DNA of 64,000 bases from Lama guanicoe (Eukaryota): NCBI GenBank assembly GCA_013239625.1, contig MU053487.1:3121058-3185057 (forward strand). Reading direction: 5' to 3'. Positions 37,101-47,040 of this stretch are shown here, piece after piece. The position numbers and the translations under genes were made by a program. Under the pieces are notes generated by a model that saw nothing but the letters and a program-made list of their open reading frames with translations, was not told the DNA's origin and did no database searches. Numbering within the stretch: the first letter of the stretch is position 1; each line of letters opens with the position of its first letter.

Positions 37101-40100
37101 TCCTGGTCTTAGCACATGTATTTAATCCCCCCAACAACCCAATGAGGAAGGCACTATCATTATTCCCATTTTACAGATGATGAAACTGAGGCTCAAGGAA
37201 GTTACATGGTGGAGTCAGAACTCAGAAGCCTGCACACAGGGTCAGTGCTAGGAAACATTACCTTAGACAGCCACCACTCAGGGACACCTGCCACAGAGAG
37301 TAACAGCAGAAAATCCACAGAACATACACACCATGACACAGAATGTCAGAATCACTCAGTCACCTGGGTCACCCACTATCACATCTGTCACCCACAGCCC
37401 TACACGGTGTATGGCATCATACTGGATCACACACTGTCACACTGGTGCCACTTGGTTACACAGCATTACATATCACAGCTGCACAGTGTCCCAGTACCAC
37501 ACAAATGACAGAATCACCACTGGGATTGTAAACAGATGGTTTGGGGGTGGCAAGGGGCGGGGAGCTTTGGAGGGGCTGAGGTAGATCAGGAGAATAGGTA
37601 ACCAATCCCCCCTGTACTCACTCCACATACCACCCCTGCAAACACAACCCCACAGTGGATCACACACTCACAGAAGTATTAAACAGGTCCAATCAAAGGA
37701 TCGAAGACAGAACACTGAGATCAGAAAGTCTGCGTCCTGTCCCAGCCTCTGCAGATCTCGGGGGGGGGGGGGCCCTGGATCCCTTACCCAGATTCTGCCC
37801 ATTGAGTGCTGCCACCCTGAGGCTCTGATCCTGCAAGTAGATCTCTGTGGAGTGGTTCCGGCTCCGGCGCGAAAACCCCAGGCACTGCATGACGCTCCGA
37901 GTGCCCCTGCCACCCGCTGGGCCTGGCCCGGGACAGTGTGGCGTCCAGAAGTCGACCCTGGCCCTAAGGGGCGGAATCGACGCCCTGGAGGGGAGCAGGG
38001 GTGGAGACCAGGAGTGGATGGGCGGAGCTAGAACCCAGGGTAAGGGGCGGGGCCTTGACTCTAGAGGCGGGACGGTACTGAGCGGTAGGGGTGGGGCCAG
38101 GCCCCAGGAGGCGGGGCCAGCTCCAGAGGGGCGGGCCGATGCCCCCGGGAAGGTGTGGCGAGAGTGGAATCCAGGCGGGGAGAGGAGGAGCCAGAGCCCA
38201 GGAGGCGGGGCGCCCCGGAGGAGGAGCCAGGACAGGGAGGCGGGGTAGGACACACCCATAACCCTGGAAGCAGATCTGCGGCGAAAGTCTGAGCCCAGAA
38301 AGCGGTTTGGGGCGGAGCTGGAGTCAAAGAGGTTGGAAGCGGGAGGAACTGGGTCTGGGAGGTGACATGGGGCTAAGCCAGGCCCAGGAAGATGGCCGAG
38401 GGCGGAGCCAGGGTCCCGGGGACGAACAGGGGGAGGGTTTCTCACTGGAAAGGCGGTGTTCGGGCAGGGGGGCAGGACCTCGACTTTGGAGGCGGTGTCG
38501 GGGTGGAGTCCGACCACGGGGCGAAGCCTGAACCGCGAATACTAAACATTTAGCTGGGGACCTGGCGCTGGACTCTAGGGCTGGGCGAGATTGAGCCGAG
38601 GAACCAAACCCGGGTGGGCGGCGGCCTGAGTTGCAGAGTTTAGCCGAGAACAGGGTGGGGCGGGGTCAGACGGAGCCGGGGATGGTGCCTGGGCCAGGCA
38701 GCAGAGCCCGCCAAGTATTTCACCTCGAGTACTCAACGAATCCATTGTGACTCAGCGGGCTGCTGCCTCACTGGTGAACCTCAGGCGGGCCTGTTTCCTT
38801 CTTAGAGAGTTTTGCTACCTGCGTGGGCTAGTCTCCTAGGTTCCAAATGCCAATGGAATTCTTGAAAAAAAATGCTGATCTTAAAAATAGTTCATTAACG
38901 CAGGCTTGCTTTGATAAATAGGTGAGAAGAACTCCATATGAAACTGTGCTGCCAGTGTGCTCGGGAACAGTGGGACCATTCTTGTAAGTTATGACTTCCC
39001 TTTTATTTACCCAGCAGTTATTTACTGAGCCCCTACTGTGTGTCAAGGTCAGGACACCACCCAGAGGCTTGACTCACTCCTCTCTTTTACTCTCTGCCTC
39101 TGAATAGTTCCTTCATTCGCCTCACTGCAGCTCCAGTCACCAGCACTGGCAGTAAGTCACTGGCAAAGCCAGTAATTAGCACAGACAAGCACAGCCATAA
39201 TAATAATAATAATAAACTGAAGCACAGAGTGACTTGCTTAAGGTCACAGCTTCGAGAGTAAATCATGAGAACGTGTGTTAGTGTAGATGAGCTGGAATAT
39301 GGATGCAAACATGACATTGTTCTTCATTTGGAATAAAGGGGAGCAGAGTGTAAGGGGAACCTCTGTTTTAGAAAAACCACACAAGGGTTCTTAACCAGAG
39401 GGCCAAGGACCTCTGCCAAGGACCTATGGATAGAATCATGTCTCAGTATAACTTGCTTCCTTTGAATTCTTGTGTATTGTATTTTATGCATTTAAAAACA
39501 TGATTCTGAGAAGGGGTCCACAGAATTCACCTGACTGCCAAAGTGGCCTGTGGCACAAAAAACGTTAAGATCAGTGTGAATCAGCATGTGTCTGTGTAGT
39601 GTGGTCCTGGAACCCCAGGGACCGACAGCTTTGAAACATAATTGAGATTGTAGAGGGCTGGCCACCCCTAATGCTATGATGACTCTAGAACCCTTATCTC
39701 TTATGGGTCCTGGCTTCTTTGCCAAACTAGATCTCCTTTGCCCACTAGTGTTTTACCCTCACAACATCCCCCGTCAGTAGATAGTGCTTTTCCATGGATG
39801 AGAAAACAGGCCCAGACAAGCAAAGGGATTTGCTCAGGGTCACAGTGTTAAGTAGAGGCAAAGCTAGGGCTGGAGTCCAGGTGTCCTGGGACCAGAGAAG
39901 GACCCTCCTACACCCTGCCTTCCACTCTTACAAATGACAGTTTTTATAGTGGGGCAGGAGGTTTTCAGTGTTGGACAAGTTGGTGGAGGTGGAGGTGGTT
40001 GTGTTCAGTGAGGGAAGGGCTTTGGGAGATAATGTCCTTTTAGGCACATCTGGGGACCTGCTGGAAAAGCCAGTGCAGGCCTGGCTAGAATGGAGAGAGC

Positions 40101-42532
40101 AAAGGATGTAGGGTAGACGGATGAGGCCAGAGGACTAGAGCATCAGTCTGAGGGCTTCAGAGGCACCAGGTGGAGCTCCTTGATTCTTAAACCCAGTTTT
40201 GGTCACATTTTTCCTGGCTAGGAACTACCTTATGGTGCCTTCTTATCTCACAAAGAACTCACAGGGCATGATCACTTGCAGGGTGGTCCTCGTGCAGAAA
40301 CATAGTACCTGCTGGGTACTCAGGCACTGTTCTCATATTTGCCTTATATGTGTTACCTCATTCAATCCTCACTGCAATCCTATGAGGAAAGTAGTCTTCT
40401 TATCCATTTTATAGTTGAGGAAACTGAGGCACAAGGAAATCGAGGGATTTGTCTAAGATGGGAAAGCTAAGACTTGAACTCAGGTAGTCTACCTCAGTAA
40501 TACATGCCTGTATACTACACTGCCTCTGCGTGCTTCTGGGGCGAGGACAGAGGGATACCTCATATCTAGGTGGGCCCCATAGTCCCATAGGTCAATGGAG
40601 GGGGCTCTTCTGCAGCAGATTCCCAACTGCCCAAGCCAGAGAGTGTGGTCCCACAGCATATGTCCAGTGCTGGGAGACCCAAAATATGAAAAGGGTACAG
40701 ATTTTCAACCTGGAACAGCACAGTGACCAACTCCTCTCACCACTAATTCTCCATGACAAGCTCTTGCTCCGCAATCTGGTTTGCAGGGGGTGCAAAAGGC
40801 AGTTAAGGGAGGTAATTTTGGGTGATCAGCTAGCAGCAGCAGGACCTTCAGGGAAACAGCTTGGGATTGCAGTGTTCATGCCAGCTCTGCAGGAAGGGCT
40901 AGACAGTCAGGCACTTGGGAGGCAGGTGTCAAACAGGATGGGCCAGGGCTGCCAAGCCCATGCCACAGGACTGGGAGGTGCTGACTGAGCCTCCACACAG
41001 CTTCTTCTCCAGGGAAGAGGCTAGGGCTGGCCAGGGAGAGAGACTGCACAAAGGCATAGATGCCCAGGATGGAGCCTATTCCCCCATGAGCTGAGGCTGC
41101 AGCTGTGCCAGAGGCAACCAGAAGGCTTTTAGGAGGTCTGAGCATGAAGCAGGCATGGAAGAGGTGGCAGTCTGAAGGGTAGACAGCACTAGCTAAAGGT
41201 TGAGAGAGAGAAAGCAGAGGTCTCTACTGTGGTCCTCTGAGCTGACCAGCCTCCCTTCCTGCCAGTGTGGCAGGAGCACTAAGGACACCTTTGTCCCTAG
41301 GGGAGAGGAGGGAGCACTGGAAAGGGCAGGGATCCCATGACCCAGCTGGACGAGTTTACCTTGAGGAGCCCAGGCTACTGGTGTGAGGGTAACAACTCTG
41401 GGCACTGAGCAAGGTCTTTCTGGGCCATGGGGACCAGGTCTGGGCCAACTAGGAAACACGAGACAGACTGGGACTGGCTGAAAGGAACACCTTGAGTCTC
41501 TCTGAATTCCAGGGGGTCACCAGTAGACAGCTGGAGGGCTCTGCCTTTCTCTTTCCCATGTATCATCGCCATGTGTGGTTTAGCTGGATAGATGGGAGTG
41601 GGGTACTAAAGTATCTGACCTCAAGGGTACTAGAAAACAGAGGGAGATGGAGTTAAGCAGTGATTGGCATGAGAGGGGCAGTGTTTGCAAAGCCCCCTAA
41701 GAGTGGGTGAATCCCCAGGCTGGAATAAAGAGTTGCGAGGTCCAGGTTTGGGGACCTGTGCAGCCAGCAGATCTCCAGCCTCTGCAGCCGGGAACCCGCC
41801 GCTGCTCTCTTTCCTGGAGACACAGCGATAGGACAAGGAGCTGGCCCAGACTGTTTCCCAGTCAGTCGAGGAGACAGAGGCAGTTTAGAGCTGAGACTTG
41901 AGCCTGTCCCTCCAGGAGGGTGCGCAGATGTGGGGACTGGGCTGCTCCTGGCCGCCTGGGCATCGTTACGATTTCTGCGCTGGGAGTTACCGCAGCACCG
42001 CCCGACCTTGTTCAACCTAGCGCACCTCCTCGCCACACCCACGCCACCCGACGCTGTCCAGGCACTCCTGGGCTTTGGGGATCCTCTCTGGGCGGCCTGC
42101 ACGGGGCCGAGAGATCTTGGTTATTCGTGGATGCTACTTCCTTTCCTCCCTGGCCCCTCCGAGTGCGCTGGACCCTGGAGCCCAGACTTCTGTGACCAGG
42201 ATTAGGTGGGGGTAGTCCCTGAGGCAGCAGGGCCGGGAGTAGTCTTTGGGGAAGCCTTCAGATTCTCACCCTCCTTTCCCCATCCGCCGGATCTAAGGGA
42301 CAAGCCTGGAAACGCCGAGGGTCGTGCCCGGCAGTCCCGGGCCGAGATTTCGTCAGTGCGACAAAAGGGCCGAGGGGCGGGCCCGGGGCGGGGCGGAGGG
42401 CGGCTGAAGGAGCTGGGGGTCCCCCGCCCAGGGCCGAGCACGGCTATCCGCGGGATCGGCCCAGGCAGGGTCCCCCAGCACACCAGTCGAGTACTCACCA
42501 TGCAGGGTCAGGAAGTCCCCGCCCGAGTCCAT
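22057..42532 (-). CDS. PLCD1: Phospholipase C delta 1 (PH, EF-hands, X/Y TIM barrel, C2), complete spliced CDS, 15 exons, 2271 nt / 756 aa
   Basis: Exons (minus): 42532-42499, 34318-34154, 30740-30512, 25915-25786, 25685-25454, 24930-24729, 24643-24499, 24423-24274, 24183-24025, 23781-23622, 23419-23303, 22903-22725, 22631-22499, 22422-22273, 22142-22057. Phases are consistent; catalytic motifs [21 protein letters not shown] and LSRIYPAG are intact; ends [17 protein letters not shown]. Confidence 0.98.
22273..22422 (-). CDS. PLCD1: PLCD1 exon 14 (FNPWWDTEF...[15 protein letters not shown])
   Basis: tcctag| acceptor, |gtgagt donor. Confidence 0.95.
22499..22631 (-). CDS. PLCD1: PLCD1 exon 13 (C2: VISGQQLPK...VVTNN)
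   Basis: ctgcag| acceptor, |gtaagt donor. Confidence 0.95.
22725..22903 (-). CDS. PLCD1: PLCD1 exon 12 ([12 protein letters not shown]...GYVLKP...)
   Basis: cctgtag| acceptor, |gtaagg donor. Confidence 0.95.
23303..23419 (-). CDS. PLCD1: PLCD1 exon 11 ([26 protein letters not shown]...)
   Basis: cctcag| acceptor, |gtatgg donor. Confidence 0.95.
23622..23781 (-). CDS. PLCD1: PLCD1 exon 10 ([22 protein letters not shown]...)
   Basis: ccccag| acceptor, |gtaagc donor. Confidence 0.95.
24025..24183 (-). CDS. PLCD1: PLCD1 exon 9 ([12 protein letters not shown]...XY linker)
   Basis: ccttag| acceptor, |gttgga donor. Confidence 0.94.
24274..24423 (-). CDS. PLCD1: PLCD1 exon 8 ([14 protein letters not shown]...LPSPE)
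   Basis: ctccag| acceptor, |gtgctg donor. Confidence 0.95.
24499..24643 (-). CDS. PLCD1: PLCD1 exon 7 ([16 protein letters not shown]...RDYAFK)
   Basis: tcgcag| acceptor, |gtgggt donor. Confidence 0.95.
24729..24930 (-). CDS. PLCD1: PLCD1 exon 6 (...[21 protein letters not shown]...)
   Basis: ctcccag| acceptor, |gtgcgg donor. Confidence 0.95.
25454..25685 (-). CDS. PLCD1: PLCD1 exon 5 ([14 protein letters not shown]...RYEPSET)
   Basis: ctgcag| acceptor, |gtgagg donor. Confidence 0.95.
25786..25915 (-). CDS. PLCD1: PLCD1 exon 4 ([21 protein letters not shown]...)
   Basis: gcccag| acceptor, |gtgagg donor. Confidence 0.95.
26600..29660 (+). mobile_element. Cluster of L1 fragments (ORF2 3' end and 3'UTR) inside PLCD1 intron 3
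   Basis: L1 motifs such as ttttgacaagggtg..aattcaa..ggaaagaatagtcttttcaacaaatggtgctg, [16 protein letters not shown], and an aataaa..polyA end near 29640-29660. Confidence 0.85.
30075..30425 (+). mobile_element. MaLR (MLT1-like) solo LTR
   Basis: aattgtgttccccccaaattc..gaagccctaacccccaatgtga..ttccagaccccagaactgtaagaaaattaaattctgtggtttaagcc. Confidence 0.8.
30512..30740 (-). CDS. PLCD1: PLCD1 exon 3 ([12 protein letters not shown]...QQKLR)
   Basis: cttgcag| acceptor, U12-type donor |gtatcctttt. Confidence 0.95.
33140..33340. mobile_element. hAT-Charlie (MER3/MER33-like) DNA transposon remnant
   Basis: atgtggctatttaaat..aaaattcagttcctcagtcacac..gtggctagtagct..ctggacagc. Confidence 0.75.
34154..34318 (-). 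CDS. PLCD1: PLCD1 exon 2 (PH domain, [32 protein letters not shown]...)
   Basis: ccctag| acceptor, |gtgagt donor. Confidence 0.95.
37034..37060. repeat. (CAT)9 microsatellite
   Basis: Direct read. Confidence 0.95.
37090..37240 (-). mobile_element. MIR SINE
   Basis: Core cccattttacagatgatgaaactgaggctca. Confidence 0.75.
37788..37890 (-). CDS. PLCD1: PLCD1 alternative first coding exon 1b ([35 protein letters not shown]), giving a 779 aa isoform
   Basis: Resembles the recalled N-terminus of the longer human PLCD1 isoform; phase-1 donor G|gtaagg is compatible with exon 2; has its own GC-rich promoter. Confidence 0.85.
37850..38720. promoter_or_regulatory. CpG-rich alternative promoter of PLCD1 exon 1b with many GC boxes
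   Basis: Repeated GGGGCGGGG / GAGGCGGG motifs immediately upstream (minus sense) of exon 1b. Confidence 0.75.
39380..39575. mobile_element. hAT-Charlie-like DNA transposon remnant
   Basis: Termini-like caagggttcttaacc ... aacgttaaga; internal gagaaggggtccacag. Confidence 0.5.
40300..40530 (-). mobile_element. MIR SINE
   Basis: Core ccattttatagttgaggaaactgaggcaca. Confidence 0.75.
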
Positions 42533-43060
42533 GCCCGTAGGGCGGCGCGGCGGGAGGGGGGCGCCCCGGGACACTAGTCTGCGGCGACAGCGCGAGCAAC
42601 CTTGGGTCCCAGCGCAGTGCGGTGGAGGGACCCGAAAGGACTGCGGGCGTGGGGGTGGGGGGGAAGGAGATCGGAGGTGGGCCCGGGACTCCGCTCCGCC
42701 CCGCGCCTGCCTGCGCCCCCGCCCCCTGGGCCCTCCAACCCGCGCCTCTCCCCGCCTCTCCTGGGGATCTGGGAGGAGGGCAGAGGTGGAGGCCGGGAAG
42801 CCTGGCCAGCCCTGGCCTCGGAGGGTGGGCGCGTCCCTGCCAGAAATAGCCAGATCCCTCTGGCTTCCTTTGCTGCCGCCACCCACAGGCCGCGGGCCCT
42901 GTCATTACCAAGGGCGGCCCGACCCCACGCCCTGCCTGTGGGCGCCTCGCTGGGGTTAGGGTGATGCTCAAAGGAATCTGGCACCCTCCTGGGGCAGGGA
43001 CCACGTTATGTCCGACGCCCAACCAGGCTGCTGCAAAAAGGAGCCTCGGAGTCCTGGAGT
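41900..43060. promoter_or_regulatory. CpG island / promoter of PLCD1 exon 1a
   Basis: High CpG density and GC boxes around the ATG at 42532. Confidence 0.85.
42499..42532 (-). CDS. PLCD1: PLCD1 first coding exon 1a ([12 protein letters not shown])
   Basis: ATG in a CpG island, phase-1 donor G|gtgagt. Confidence 0.93.
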
Positions 43061-46019
43061 CCAGCCACGGCTCCCCGATGTCTGCTTTCCCTTCTGCAAA
43101 ATAGGTGCCGGGCGGGCACAAGTTAGGAAGTCCTCAGAAAGAAATGCCTGAACCTAGTCAGGAGGAGGGTCCCTGCCCGTCTGGGGAAGTTTCTAATCGC
43201 AGAAGTGCCCTTGGTAGGGGCTGGGGAGGAAGCGTTAAAAACTTACAGCAAGTAGATGCCGGGGAGTCACCTTTGAGCCCCTCACACCCCAAACTCCTGG
43301 CGATCTGTACAGCAGAGTGGGGGACAGAATCTGAGGTGAGGTGACAACTCCAGAGTTCCATCTTTGGGTGGCTCCTAAGGGGCTGTTCGGGCAAGGGGTC
43401 CCTACATGGACCCCCCCCCACTCCCACCTTCAACTCTTGCAACCCAGACATCCTCTTTGTAGGGTACCCAGAGATCCCCCATGGGAAAATCCAGGGGTCC
43501 TGCTGGGCACTGACTTTTGGGAGAGGCCCTTGGGAGAGCCCCCAGAAGACCTCCCAGGATAGGGGGTGCTGAGCCCACCAGTGAATCCCCCAGGCCTCCT
43601 GGGCAAATAAAGCCAATGTGAGAGTCTGGCAGAACCAGTTGGACCCCTCTTGGAGAGAAGGCCTGGCTCACCCCAACTCCTCCCCCTCCCAACACAAGCA
43701 GGGCTAGGTGGCCTTGAATACCTCTGGAAGGGATGTAATCCCGCCAGAGGGCAAGTCCTCCCATCCTGAAGGTTGAGATTGGGCCAGGACTTCGGATTGG
43801 AGAGCCCTCCTCCCTCTGTAAGCCTCCCCTGCATGGAGGGGGCTAGCCCTCTACCTGGCACTCACCCCAGTTTGCCTGCCCTCCAACAAGAGCTGCCCCC
43901 TCCCCCTTGCCCCTGGAGGCCTGTCAGAGCCCTCCCTGCTTTCCATTCTGCTCAGGGATGAGCAAGTCCACACAAGGCCTCCCTTGGGAGCCCTAGCCTG
44001 GGAGCTGGGAGGATGAGGGGTCCTTTCTTTGCCCTCACTGTCTCTCTCCCAGGCTAGGATGCTCACCTCCAGGCCTGCCCTCTGGGGGCTTCCTCTGGCT
44101 GTAGGGCTAGTCCAGGACCTCTGACATCCCTGGGGGCCTGCAAGCCCCTACAGCAAGTCAGGCCTCCCCAAGCCCTGCTCTTCTTCCCAGGCAGAGACAC
44201 AACCAAACTCCAACACCAGCAGTTGATTTGGCTTCATATGAAGCATAATTCCTGTTTATTCATGTCACCTCCCAGCTCTGAACTCGAGACCCCAAACCAG
44301 GGCATTATCTGTCGCCTCTCCCTCTGATGCCCCTGGTGGGGCTACAGCCTGGCCCTTCCTTTGCACGCACCAAACCTGTCTCACACCTCTGGCCCAGTCA
44401 AGCCTCCTTCAGAGCCTGGGATTGTTGGGCGGGAGAGGCACAGCTGACTCAGAGTTGGCCCATGCCACCAGTTCTGCCAGAAAAGAGGGCTGGGCCACAC
44501 CCTGCTCAGAGAACCCAGGCTACTGCTCTGACCTGTGGGTCAGCAGCTCCCCCGGACTCTCCTCTCCTGCTCTGTCTGCCCCTCCCTCCCTCTTACAGGC
44601 TGGGAGGCTGACTTCTGCTGTGCATCAACCCAGCTGGCGTGTGACTATACATCTGGTTGTGGAGGGGCTGGGGGGCCTAGCAAGAGGCTTTGAACCAAAC
44701 CACAGTTGCTGGATTCTGCTCCCTCTGTCCCTAAACAACCAGGGCTCTCAGTGGAGCCAACCCTGGCCAGGTATGTAAATTGCCCTCCTAAAATCCAGCC
44801 CTCAGTCAGTTACTTCTGCAAGATGCTCTGAGAACCTGGTGTCTCATGGGGCGTTTGGTTGGCCCAGTTAGTGTGCATGGAGGGCCACGTGTGCCCAAAG
44901 ACCAGTTGTCTAAAGGTGGAGTTTCCGTCTTCTCACCACCCCAGCTGACCATCCTGTGTTGGATGTGGGTGTGAGGATGGGTGTGGGGAGAGGAGGCTTC
45001 TGGGACGATGGATGAGACCTAGTGTCAGGGCCACGTGTGACCCTTAAGTCACTTCCCTTGGCCCTTCCACCACTATCTCTCTAGAGGTCTGGGAAGGGGG
45101 AGGATCAAGCCAAGAATGCTAACTTTCCAGATTTGCTTTTGGGGCTGGCCCTGCCCAAATCTCCTCCCCTAGAAATGCAAACCTAGGCCAGCTTGGGTAG
45201 GTGAGATGGACGAGTTTGATTCTTCCCTCTCCTTGTTAGCAGAGCCCCTGTCCCAGGGCCAGGGGATGAAAGGCTGTTTAAATCTTGATTCTGCAGTTTC
45301 CCACTGAGAGACTTTGAATGAATCCCTTCGTTTTGAGGAGCTCTCTGTCAGGAGCTGCAGCCCTCCTCAGAATCTGGTAACAGATGTCAGTGACCTAGTA
45401 CACATGAGTGCTGCTGGCCGGGCATGTGCTGGAAACCCTTCTCCCCATGGCTGTCCCCTGCCTGGCCTCGTCTACCAAGCCTGGTGGGCATAGGGCCTGG
45501 CCTGTGGCTCTTGGTCTAGGGGTGTCCCCTGATGCTTATGAGGGCTGGAAAAGCCCATCTGAGCTCCCTCCGGAGGGTCCTGTACCCAAGGCCAGATGCA
45601 TCAGGTGGAAAAGTGAAGGCTGCATCTCCCAAGGAAGAGGGTATGGCAAAGTGAGTGTGCACTGATCATGCCAGGCAGACAGTACTGAGCGAGCAGGGAT
45701 CCAGGCTGCCATGACGATCTACAGAGTTTCTGGGCCCAGTGGTAATGCCAGGACTCTGTGGGGTGATTGGGGGTTACTTTTCCATAATTATATTTGTGGG
45801 ACTTTGTTGTGAGTTCATTTGGGGATGTAATGTGATGTTCCTTTCAGTGTGGACTAAGTCCCAGTGCTCACCCCCTCCCTTCCCCACCCCATCCCACAGG
45901 CGGAGTCTTGTACTCTTGGGGAAAAAGTCAGACCCTCATCCGAGGGAGGACGCACAGCCCAGGCCAACTGAGGGAGGAGGCACACTTAAGGAGGGTCTAA
46001 ACTAAGGAAGACACTGATA

Positions 46020-47040
46020 TGCTATGTTACTTATTCACCAAATATTTCTTGAGCACCTGTTGTGTGCCAGGCACTATTCTCAAGGCTTGGGAATCTTCAG
46101 GGAACAAGATGTACCCCAAACTCCCACCCGCGTGGAGTTTAAATTCTAATGGAAAGAAAAGAGACACTGTAATAAATGTAAGGAGTGAATTGTGTAGCAT
46201 ATTAGAAGATGCAAGAACAGTTTAAAAATAGAGTTCAGAAATTCAGGAACGGGAGAGGGCTAAAGTTAAAAGGTCAGGCTGGGTCTTACAGGGAAAGTGA
46301 CATTTGAGCAGAGACTTACAGGACAGGAGAGAAGGGGCCATTCAGAGATATTTTGGGAAGAGGATTCCAGGCAGAGGGGAGGCAGTGCTCAGGCCCTGAG
46401 GCAGGACTGTGTCTGGTGTGTTGGAGCTTGTGTGGCTGGAACAGAGGGAGCGAGGGGGAGGGGTATGAGAGAGGCTGAGAGGTAATGGGGACCAAGTCCT
46501 GCTGGGCCTTCTAAGTGTGTCTACTTCTACTAGGGGAGAAGTGGGGAGCACTTGGAAGTTTTCAAGCCAAGGAGGGACAGGATCTGACTCACATTTTAAA
46601 AGAATCACTCTGGCTGCTGGCAGGGGGAGCGTCATGAAGGGACAAGAGTTGAAGCAGGGAGCCCAATGAAGAGGCTTTTGCAATAATTCAGGTGAAAATG
46701 GACAGTGGGTCAGACCCTGGTGATAGAAGTTGGGGTCACGAGAAGCAGGAGGATTCTGGATTCATTTGGATGGGAGAGGCAGCAGGATTGACCGGTGGGA
46801 GCTGTGAAAGGCAGGGAGCTGTGAAAGGCAGGGAGCTGTGAAAGGCAGTGACTGTAGGTTTTCGGCTTGTGCTGCTGGAAGGAGGGAGATCCCAGAAGCT
46901 GGCATGGGGGAGGCTAGGGGAGAGAAGGCTCTGCTGTGGACACACGTTTAAGGTGCCTTCAGACAGCCAAGGTGAGATGTCACATATGAGATGGATGCAC
47001 AAGTCTGGGATTTTAGAGATGTGGACTGAGGATAAAATTT
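46020..47040 (-). mobile_element. L2 LINE remnant
   Basis: aatatttcttgagcacctgttgtgtgccaggcact; ttttaaaagaatcactctggctgc. Confidence 0.75.
46797..46847. repeat. Perfect 17-bp tandem repeat x3 (GGGAGCTGTGAAAGGCA)
   Basis: Direct read. Confidence 0.95.

Noticed and set aside
42533..42886. Open frame upstream of the PLCD1 exon 1a ATG (possible non-AUG extension)
   Set aside because: No upstream ATG; stop-poor frames are expected in a CpG island and probably extend beyond the TSS
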